DNA of 64,000 nucleotides, from assembly GCA_002269645.1 (NCBI GenBank), contig NIVC01000146.1, positions 248,001 to 312,000 of the forward strand. Direction: 5' to 3'. Within the stretch, counting starts at the first letter, position 1. The number at the start of each line of letters is the position of its first letter. Both the position numbers and the translations under genes were made by a program. A model generated the notes under the pieces. It searched no databases and was not told the DNA's origin. It saw only the letters and a list, made by a program, of their open reading frames with translations. Positions 12,385 to 22,222 of this stretch are shown piece by piece. This stretch comes from Macrostomum lignano (taxonomy: Eukaryota).

Positions 12385-15300
12385 CACACACAGAAAGACA
12401 GACAGATAGACAGAGATTCAGAAAGACAAGCTTAAACAAGTCATTTAAAATAATTAAAATTCCGAGCAAAAAGCAGGACAGCATTTTCGCTGGGAGGGGG
12501 GGGGTTAACAAGTATTTGTAGGTGCAACAGCCAAATTTAGTTGCAAGGCATTGCCCCAGACCAGGCAGTCACATGATAGCTGAGTTCTGACAAGCGGCAA
12601 GTACGTTACCGGAAGGCAGTGTAATATTTAGCTCGTACAAAAACTGCTGAATAGAACCAATTTAGGGTACGAACACAGCTGTGTACAATTCTGTATAAAT
12701 TTAGCACTGATGCGCATGCTGACATCTCAGTAATATTCACTGCAAAACTGATCACATTTTGGAGTCAACAGCCCGTCTGGATGACAAAGTTCTCATAGCC
12801 ATCGTTGGCACTGTACTGAGTCTGAATATAGACCTTGTATAGAGTTCTAAGCTTTGATGGCTTCGGCAAGTGACCCTCCCGAAATCCACGAGCTCGTGAA
12901 TCCTGGCCTGCAGCATCTCAGCCAGCTGCCTGACACTGAAAGCTCCATGACTGCTCACAACATCAAGCAGCGCCTTCGGCATGAAGCTGCCGCTCTCAGC
13001 GTGCCTATAGGCTTTGTACCCAGCCATGCTGGCAAAGATGGCGGCCGATCGAGGAAGCTGCAGCGGCAGCACGCAGCCAGAGGTGCCCGGGCTGACGAAT
13101 CCGAGACTGCAGGCGAAGGCTGGCGGCCGGTAATTTCCGCCCGCCTCAGCGGCATGAAAACGGCAGCCGCGACACGACTGGCCGAAGTACAGCAAGGCAG
13201 CAGGAGCTCCTCCATTCTGGCCGTCAGATGCGTGAATCCCGGACTGGCCGCCGTGTGCGGAGACGGCCACAAATACGCGGGAAGGCAAAGTCGACTTGTC
13301 GCAACAATCCTTGACGACATCGCCGATGAAGCGGCGGATTTCAGCGGCTGTCACGAAGCCGTCAGCCGGACACAGCGAGCGCACGTTTCCGCTTGAGCAG
13401 CCGAGATGTTGAGAAATTTTTCCACGTCCTTGAAGCCAAGCCTGATACTTGATTTGTACTTGCCGACAGCGACAATCAGGAAGAGATCTGCCGTGCCCTG
13501 CTGGCTGCACTCAGCGGATAGTTTGGTGCTCAGCAGCTGAAGCCGCGTCAGCGGATTGTCTGGCACACTGGCTGACACGATATCGGCGTTCGACATGCCC
13601 GACATCCAACGGGAGCTGAGCCCGGTGCAGTGCTTGACAACCTCACTGACCAAATTATCGACCGTTGCTGTCCGGCTGCCGGCCTCCAGACTCTCGAATG
13701 CCTGCAGCACTTCACGCCAGTTAACGCCATTTTTGCCAAAGTTGAAACTGTGAACCTCAGTGTTGCAGAGCGAGGCGTGTTTCGGAGTCTGAGCTGGCCC
13801 GCTGCCAGACTGGCCAGTGCTGCATCTGCTTCTGCTGTTGCTTCTGCTGCTGTTGATGCTGCTGTTGCTTCTGCTGCCGTTGCTTCTGCTGTTGTTGCTT
13901 CTGCTGTTGTTGCTTCTGCTGCTGTTGATGCTGCTGGTGCTTCTGCTGCTGGTGCTTCTGCTGCTGTTGCTTCTGCTGCTGTTGATGCTGCTGGTGCTTC
14001 TGCTGCTGTTGCTTCTGCTGTTGTTGTTTCTGCTGCTGTTGATGCTGCTGTTGCTTCTGCTGCTGTTGATGCTGCTGTTGCTTCTGCTGCTGTTGATGCT
14101 GCTGTTGCTTCTGCTGCTGTTGCTTCTGCTGTTGTTGCTTCTGCTGCTGTTGATGCTGCTGTGTGTGTGTGTGTGTGTGCCTCGGACCGGAGCTCTCAGG
14201 TGATCCACTGCGGGTGGGCCACCCTCAAGAACCTTATCACCATGTTCTCCTCGCGCAGATCCTTCAGTTCACGCAGACCAGTGTGCTGCCGAAGCCCGTC
14301 CCAACGCGCGCACGACCACCAGTGGTCTTTATCTTCTATGTCACCGCAGTCCTCGCAAACGCCTTCTGCTTCCAGACCAATCTTCTGCCTCCAGTACTGC
14401 TTCTGCTGCTGTTGCTTTTGCTGCTGTTGCTTCTGCTGCTGTTGCTACTTCTGCGGCTGCTGCTATAAGAAGGTTCTGCAGAGTTAGTGTGACACACCAT
14501 TAAGTGAAACAGAGCCAGCCTGATGGGCTGGGAGTCGCGCAGGCCACATACAGGCTCGTACAGCTCGCTGTCCATCACGATTTGGCCACCGATCAACGCC
14601 TGCTGGCAGTCCGCGGTGACGCCAACCTCGTGGACAATCCAAGCCTCTCTATCGCCGCGCAACTTAGCAATGGACAAGAATCTAACAGCGCTGCCATGGT
14701 AACTCTCTAGCGAGTCGGCCACCTGACAGTGAACTTTGCACTGGTTGTTAAACAGCGAATCAAACTTGGCTCTGCAGGCGTCAGCAGCGGAGTCTGAGGA
14801 GCGGGTCAGCAGCAGGACAGGCACTGATGGGCGTTCAGTACTGGCAACTCCTGCTGGCATTGAGGCTACTGATGCTGGCGACGGCTTGGACATTGCGATC
14901 CGATCAGGCGAATGGCTTATTGAGTAAAATACCTTTCTTAAAATCAGCTTTTATATCCATTTAAGGTGTGCGTCAGGATGTCAGTGTTAAATATAGATAG
15001 AAGTTAGCATGTGATTGATACAGTGAATCAGGTATGCCAAGACAAGGAAAAACAAGTCAGGGCCGGCTCAATCTCTCACTTGAATGTTTATTTACTAATA
15101 TATTTTTGCTATGCACATGCACTAGGGGTGAATCTCATAGGCGAATCCGAACACATTCGTTACATGAAACCGCAGTGTGCCACTAACTGCCGCAGGCGAG
15201 ATTATTTCCAGGAAACAGCACAGCTGACCCCAATTGACCTCAGCTTTCCCAGGTGCAAAATTAACACTCTAAACGTTGCCACTCACCGGCGCCGCCCTCG

Positions 15301-18300
15301 CACTCAACTTCGTCAGCCTCGGCGGCTTCAGCGGCCCCAGCGGCGCACAGCCGGCAGTCGGGCTTGACGGGGAACAGCCGCCTGATTAGCGCCTTGACTC
15401 CGGTCGGCTCAACGCAGTTGGCGAACACGTGGCGCTGCAGGCGGAGCAGGTCGGCGCCTGGCGGATGCGCCAGCAGGGTGTGGCAGTAGGCCGGGTCTCC
15501 GTCACGACCGGCCCTGCCCACCTCCTGGGGTGGCGGCGTGGGGCGGTGGGTCATCTCAGGCGGTGCGGGTCAGTGCGGGTGGTGAGTCAGTGCGGGTGGT
15601 GGGTCAGTGCGGGTGGTGGGTCAGTGCGGGTGGTCGGTCAGTGCGGGCGGTGGGTCAGTGCGGGCGGTGGGTCAGTGCAGGCGGTGGGTCAGTGCGGGCG
15701 GTGGGTCAGTGCGGGCAGTGAGTCAGTGTGGGTGGTGGGTCAGTGCGGGTGGTGGGTCAGTGCGGGTGGTGGGTCAGTACAGGCGATTTGCTAGCGACTC
15801 AATGAGCATGGTGGGCGGACTCACCTGAACATAGTCCCTATACGAGGCGGGCGGTGAAAAGTGCAACACGCAGCGCACGTCGGGCTTGTCGAGCCCCATG
15901 CCGAGAGCCACCGTGGCCGCCAGAATGCGGCACCGGCCGCTAGTGAAGGCGCGCTGAGCCCGACGCCGCTCAGCGGCCGACATGCCGGCGTGGTAGGCGC
16001 GGGCGGCAGCGGCGCCGCCAAGGGAGGTTCTGAGAAGGCCGGCAACCGCCTCTGCTTCGGCCCGGGAGCCGCAGTAGATAAGGATGGAGCCGCAGGATTT
16101 GTAGGGCTCGGAGTAAAACAGCTGGAGCAGGGCTTCGGTTTTGTTAAAGCCAGCTGAAGAGGCCGACAGGCGCAGGTTGGACGGCAGCGGGGGGCCCGGG
16201 TTCAGCAGCGGGTCCGCGTCCAGCAGGCGAGCAACGGAGCGGGCGGTCAGCGGCCCGGCAGTGGCTGTCAGGCCAAGAAAGCAGCGGACGGAGTAGACAG
16301 ACCGGAGGACGGACAGCACGCGGAGGTAGGCGGGGCGGAAGTGGTGCGACCAGTCGGCCTGGACTCGGTTGGATGGGGGAGGCGAGGTCACGGGGTCATT
16401 TGAGGTCATTTGGGGAATACGTACAGAATTCTCTTAGTCATTAAGTTAAACAAGTCCTTAGGTATTCAGGAATTCATTCATTAGGAATTATTAGGAATTC
16501 ATTAGGAGTTCAGTCATTTACTTCGAGGGGAATTCAGTCATTTTCTACGAGGGGAATTCAGTCTTCTTCGAGAGGAATTCAGTCATTTTCTTCGAGGTGA
16601 ATTCAGTCATTTACTTCGAGGGGAATTCAGTCATTTTCTACGAGGGGAATTCAGTCATTTTCTTTGAGGGGAATTCAGTCATCTTCGAGAGGGAGTTCAG
16701 TCATTTACTTCGAGGGAAATTCAGTCATTTACTTCGAGGGGAATTCATTCATTTACTTCGAGGGGAATTCAGTCATTTTCAACGAGGGAATTCAGTCCTT
16801 TTCTTCGAAGGGAATTCAGTCATTTACTTCGAGGGGAATTCAGTCATTTTCTACGAGGGGAATTCAGTCATTTTCTTTGAGGGGAATTCAGTCATTTTCT
16901 TCGAGGGGAATTCAATAATTTCTTTCTTTCAGACGTAAGAAACTAATTATAAAGATTTAATAAAATTTTAACGAGCTCACAAAATATTTCTAGGAAAAAA
17001 TGCACAGCATGCTACTGATATCCTGATTCAGTAGACTAAGGAGAAAATTAACTACCAAAAATAAATAGCGCTGATTGTTCTAGGTAAAAAAGTCGCTGCC
17101 GGAGGCCCAGAGCTCACCAGACAGTGCGCCTCGTCGATGCAAGCGAAGCTGACGCCCGCTGGCAGGCGGAGGGCGACCGCGCCGTCGACGAGCATCTCCG
17201 GCGACACCAGCAAGCAGGCGAGGCGGCCGGCGGCGGCGTCGGCACGGATTCGGTCGCGCAGTTCGGCCGACTGGCCGGAGTGGAGACAGGCGGCGGGCAG
17301 GCAGGCTGGCAGGCGGGAGAGCTGGTCCTCCATCAGCGCCTGGAGTAGGTTTTGTCGGGATGTTCTATTGACTAATGCGATGCTGAGGAGGAATAACACA
17401 GACAGCACAGATCCCCACACACAGACAGCACAGATCCCCACACACAGACAGCACAGATCCCCACACACACAGAAAGCACAGATCCCCACACATACAGACA
17501 GCACAGATCCCCACACACAGACAGCACAGATCCCCACACATACAGACAGCACAGATCCCCACACACAGACAGCACAGATCCCCACACATACAGACAGCAC
17601 AGATCCCCACACACAGACAGCACAGATCCCCACACACAGACAGCACAGATCCCCACACATACAGACAGCACAGATCCCCACACATACAGACAGCACAGAT
17701 CCCCACACACAGACAGCACAGATCCCCACACATACAGACAGCACAGATCCCCACACACAGACAGCACAGATCCCCACACACACAGACAGCACAGATCCCC
17801 ACACACAGACAGCACAGATCCCCACACACAGACAGCACAGATCCCCACACACAGACAGCACAGATCCCCACACACAGACAGATGGCAAGCTCTATGCAGA
17901 AGAGGGCCATGAAATCAGAAATATTCTTACCTGCAGCGGGGAGATCACAAGGGCCACTGCTCCAGCTCTCTTGCTATGATACAGCAGTGCCGGCAGCTGG
18001 TAGCACAGCGACTTCCCCGCCCCCGTTGTCATGACAACCAGAGCCGACCGGCCGGCCAGCACGCGGCCGATCGCGTCAGCTTGGCCTGGCCGAAAATCTG
18101 CGTGGCCAAATCGGCGGAGGAGGGCTCGAACCTCAGACGTTGGAACTTCGTCGGCCAGCGGCTCGATGTGCGGCGGCGGCCCGCCGCCTTCGCCGGCAGC
18201 CGAGTGCGGCCGCTGCACAGTGCGAAGGTCGCCGGGAAAGTCGGGCGGCCGGGCGGCCTCCAGGGCGGCCAGATCTACCGATGGCGCAGCGGCCGGAGTG

Positions 18301-20463
18301 GCCACTAGGCTGTCTGAGAACTCCTCCTCCCCGATGCCGTCGTCCTCAGCCGGAGCACCGACTGGGGCTGGTGCACCGTCCGTTGCCTCGCGACGTCCAG
18401 CCCTAGGGCGGGGGCACTTGTCCGCCCAGTGGCCTTCCTCGCCGCAGGCGAAACAGCGATTTGCGTTAGCGCCGTTCAGGCGAGACTTGCGCTTCCACTC
18501 GGCCCGCTTGAAGTTGCGGAATTTCGCCCGGCCCTGGTTGGAGATGCGGGTGAGGGTGAGAGATGCGGGTTTAGGGTGAGAGATGCGGGTGTGGGTGAGA
18601 GATGCGGGTTGAGGGTGAGAGATGCGGGTTGAGGGTGAGAGATGCGGGTGTGTGGGTGAGAGATGCGGGTTTAGGGTGAGAGATGCGGGTGTGGGTGAGA
18701 GATGCGGTGTGGGTGAGAGATGCGGGTGTGTGGGTGAGAGATGCGGGTTGAGGGTGAGAGATGCGGGTGTCTGGGTGAGACATGCGGGTGAGGGTGAGAG
18801 ATGTGGGTATGTGTGAGTGAGAGATGCGGGTGTGTGGGTGAGAGATGCGGGTGAGGGTAAGAGATGCGGGTGTGGGTGAGACATGCGGGTGAGGGCGAGA
18901 GATGCGGGTATTTGGGTGAGAGATGCGGGTGAGGGTGAGAGATGTAGGTGTGGGTGAGAGATGCGGGTGTGTGGGTGAGAGATGCGGGTGAGGGCGAGAG
19001 ATGCGGGTATGTGGGTGAGAGATGCGGGTGAGGGCGAGAGATGCGGCCATGCGGGTGAGGGTGAGAGATGCATGTGTGGGTGAGAGATGCGGGTGTGTGG
19101 GTGAGAGATGCGGGTGAGGGCGAGAGATGCGGCCATGCGGGTGAGGGTGAGAGATGCGGGTGAGGGTGAGAGATGCGGCCATGCGGGTGAGGGTGAAAGA
19201 TGCGGGTGTGGGTGAGAGATGCGGGTGTGTGGGTGAGAGATGCGGGTGAGGGCAAGAGATGCGGCCATGCGGGTGAGGGTGAGAGATGCGGGTGTGGGTG
19301 AGAGATGCGGGTGTGTGGGTGAGAGATGCAGCGGGTGCCTAACTGAAGACCCCAGACTCCGGGGGAAACCCGGGCCTCACCTTGCCGGCGCCGCCCCTGC
19401 TGAACCGTTTGACCCTCAGGTTGACCTTCACGTAGTTCGCCGACGAAGATGCCGAGGAAGCGAAGCCGGAGCCTCCGCCAGACGGTGCAGCGGCAAAAGA
19501 AGACACCGGAGCGGCGGAAGAAGCAACCGGAGGGACGGCAGAGCGCGGCCGTTTTGCTGCTTTTGCTTTCGGCTTTGCTTTTGTTGTGGGCGCCGCGCCG
19601 TTCTCTTCCTCGTCGGAAACAACGGCAGGGCGCTTCGCTGACTTCCGCTTGCCCGCCGACGCGCCGCCAGAGTTCTCCTTCCCGGCGGCGGGGCTCGAGT
19701 CTTCGTGTGGCGGAGTCGCCGAGGGAGCGGCGGCAGGCTTTACTAGAAAGTCAAAAGTCGCTGGCTTAACAACTGGCAAGTGTTCCTTAGCAACGCTAAT
19801 CTCTTGTTGCTTAGCAACCGTAAGAGATGCCAAATCGACAGATTCGAAAGGCGCCGCAGGTTCAGGGCCAGACGAGTAGGTCGACCGGAACTCGAGCTGC
19901 TGCTGATCGCTGGCAGGTGTCAAAGGCGGCTCGCTGTCCAGCTGGCAGTTCGACTTGGACAGGTAGGAAAATCGACAAGCGGACTTGGACAGTCTGGCAG
20001 GTTTTATAGCGGCGGCTTTGGCAACACCGGCTGCGACTGGCGCTGAAGGGCTGGGACTGGTTTTCTCGTCGGAGTTGCGCGGAGACGAGGGCGGAGGGAG
20101 GGGGGAGGGAGGAGCGGCGGCGGGTGACGCGGGGGCCCTGGCCACAGGGGACATCTCGGAGTCGCGACAGCTCTCAACTGCCCTGGAGAGTCGGCGCTGC
20201 TGCAGGTTGTTCAACAGCTTGGCTCCCAGCTCACTGGTGAGGCTGGAGGCCGTCGAGGCGGCTGGAATGGAAGTCGATGATGGAGCTGGAGCAGCCTGCC
20301 AGGAGAGGCTCCGAAGCTCGCTGTAGCGCCGGTAGAGTCGGCGAATCTCTGGGTCGCGGTCCACATCTTTAGCGGAGGGCCTGTGGCCAGCTTCGGCTTG
20401 GAATTCGCGTTCCCACTGTTTCAGACGGCACTTCAGCTCGTTAAGGCCCAGCTCTTGCAGCAT
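11088..20463 (-). CDS. RECQL4: ATP-dependent DNA helicase Q4 (RecQ4), ~1231 aa; exons 20463-19381, 18533-17931, 17339-17118, 16358-15825, 15524-15287, 12103-11088
   Basis: N-terminal Sld2-like ELKCRLKQWEREFQAEAGHRPSAKDV. Zn knuckle CFACGEEGHWADKC. Helicase motifs FRPGQ, TGAGKSLCYQLP, VISPLQ|ALMEDQ, IDEAHCL|ADWSHHFRPAY, LGMGLDKPDVR, YVQ|EVGRAGRDG. C-terminal EETIETLLCYL and ARNIACVMHGIGTPNFPA..WGR.RRFWR. All junctions are GT-AG; exon sum 3696 nt is divisible by 3. Confidence 0.95.
12300..12415. repeat. (GACA)n microsatellite
   Basis: Direct inspection. Confidence 0.9.
13825..14160. repeat. CTG/TTG-rich simple repeat (gctgttgcttct / gctgttgatgct)
   Basis: Direct inspection; yields the poly-L/S/A artefact ORFs. 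Confidence 0.9.
14161..14400 (-). mobile_element. 5'-truncated non-LTR retrotransposon (LINE) 3' end with (CA)n tail
   Basis: Minus-strand translation YWRQKIGLEAEGVCEDCGDIEDKDHWWSCARWDGLR...LKDL...VIRFLR resembles the terminal CCHC zinc knuckle of LINE ORF2 (H..RIG....C..CG..E...H....C), followed by (CA)9. Confidence 0.6.
14921..14955 (-). promoter_or_regulatory. Candidate TATA box/initiator of the nested caspase gene
   Basis: TATAAAAG at 14955-14948 (minus), Inr-like TTACTCAAT 30-34 nt downstream, ATG at 14893. Confidence 0.4.
15550..15780. repeat. 17-bp repeat (gggtcagtgcgggtggt) in a RECQL4 intron
   Basis: Direct periodicity. Confidence 0.88.
16505..16912. repeat. ~24-bp repeat (gaattcagtcattttcttcgaggg) in a RECQL4 intron
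   Basis: Direct periodicity. Confidence 0.88.
17395..17882. repeat. 23-25-bp repeat (acagacagcacagatccccacac) in a RECQL4 intron
   Basis: Direct periodicity. Confidence 0.9.
18540..19330. repeat. ~13-21-bp degenerate repeat (gggtgagagatgc...) filling RECQL4 intron 1
   Basis: Direct periodicity. Confidence 0.9.
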
Positions 20464-22222
20464 TGATGAGGCAGACAGCAAGCGCTGGGGAGTCTGAAGG
20501 CTGGAAAACAGTGGTTGCCATTTGTGTGGGACTTCTCCATATTTCTTGAGGGATTTGGGAAGTTGAGTTAGTTATAGTATGTAAAAGAAGATTGATTTTA
20601 ATGACAATGGCATATAGTGCATAGGTAGGCATGCAATACATCAGGGTGCACCTAAGGGGGGTTGTCCTTCATTGCTACATCATGTTATACCATACCATGC
20701 TGCAATGCCACTAGGCTTATTAGCCTCTATGATGCAACTTTTAGATATCTTAGTTTAGGATAACACTTATTAAGGTGTAATGCTTTAGTTTTATAAAAAT
20801 TTTTGCTTTAATCTAAAATAATTTTTTATTATATTTTTATATAACTATGGATAAATAGTATAAGCTAAAATATATTATAAAAAATTAACAAGAAAAGTAA
20901 TGTTACAAATATTGATTTGGCTCAACTATTTATATTATATTTTCATACAGTTTTTAAACCACTTAAAATACTTAAATGTAAAAAATAATACATGTAGGCC
21001 TAATTATACAATAGAAAATTTTAATATATTGATAATGTCTGATTACTATAACAATCTATAGGAATAGTTAATATAACTATTAAAAATATATTTAATATCA
21101 AAGCAAGGGCATTAAGACATGTAGGAATGCTTCAAAAAGTAATAGGGCCAAAAGGCTTAGCAGAAGAAGTCTTAGAGACAATAAAACATTGGATTTCTTA
21201 GCTAAAGTGGAGGACATGCCTCTATAATATCGAGTAAGCTGAGAATCTACTTGACTTTGACTAATCATAAATATTTACATACAATACTGTGGTATAATCA
21301 AATTTGAAGGCAAAGGTCGGAAGACAAATCGAAATAATACAATAATTAGAAATAAAAAAATGTGTCCATAAAACAGAATGTATAGGAGAAAGAAAACTAG
21401 AGTTTCACTTGTGGAGGCTGAGGCAGAGGCCCGAAAACAAGTGAAAAATAATGACACTTGACAGTAACTACCTTAACAGCATTCACATTAGTATGATTAG
21501 ATGTGGGTGGCTAGTTAGTTGCTTCTTTAGATAAAATAAGATTACCACATCATATGATTCGATGCGGTAAACCCATTTAACCTAGCATGCAACAGATAAA
21601 CCCCTCACGGTATGCAAAAACCTGAAGAGTTAAGTCACGCTTTAGTTTTGCTATTGCATTTGAATTTACGCTTATAAATGTTTTAAACGATTCTAACTGC
21701 ACAAAAATTATTTATCCGTTTTAAGCTACTTTACAGTAATTAGTTCTAGTCCCGTTGGGTCATTGTATTGGGTTTTTTCTCGACTAGCTGTCCCAGTTAC
21801 CACATAAAAGCGTCTGGGAATTGAGATTTATCAATTATTGTAAGGATTTCCTATATGGATATACTGCAGTAGACATACGTTACAGTAGCTAGCTAACCCC
21901 CATTGACTATAAAGCTAAATGGATATATCTTAGTGCTATATTTATGTCTAAAATTTACTGCCCACATCAGGCCACCTGCCGTGTGTGTGCCTTTTCAAAA
22001 TCTTCTGCAACTCCAAGCTGTAATGACTAGATTCACTGGTTTAACAGATGTACCTTAGTGATTTAGTTAATCTATCGCGTACAATATTTCTGGAAGTCTT
22101 TGTCTATGGCTCCAAATTAAAGAGAACTCGGGCAAAGCATACATAAATGGCCTACGCATTGATTATTGCTCGTGTTGCCTCCTATTAGCAACATTAGAAC
22201 GGGCGAAAGCTCCACGTGTTAC

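Larger units (their letters stand above)
12752..14893 (-). pseudogene. Caspase-family (peptidase C14A) gene nested in RECQL4 last intron; interrupted, functional status uncertain
   Basis: Motifs LFLIVAVG..SIRLG.KD, FVTAAEIRRFI, VFVAVSAHGGQSGIHASDG (His 13253-13255), LLYFGQSCRG (Cys 13172-13174), and AIFASMAGYKAYRHAESGSFMPKAL parallel caspase LIINN/R.G..D/LT..EI/SHG/QACRG/ST.PGY.SWR...GSWF. ATG at 14893, stop at 12752. Frameshift near 13414-13421; repeat + LINE insertion at 13825-14465. Confidence 0.75.
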
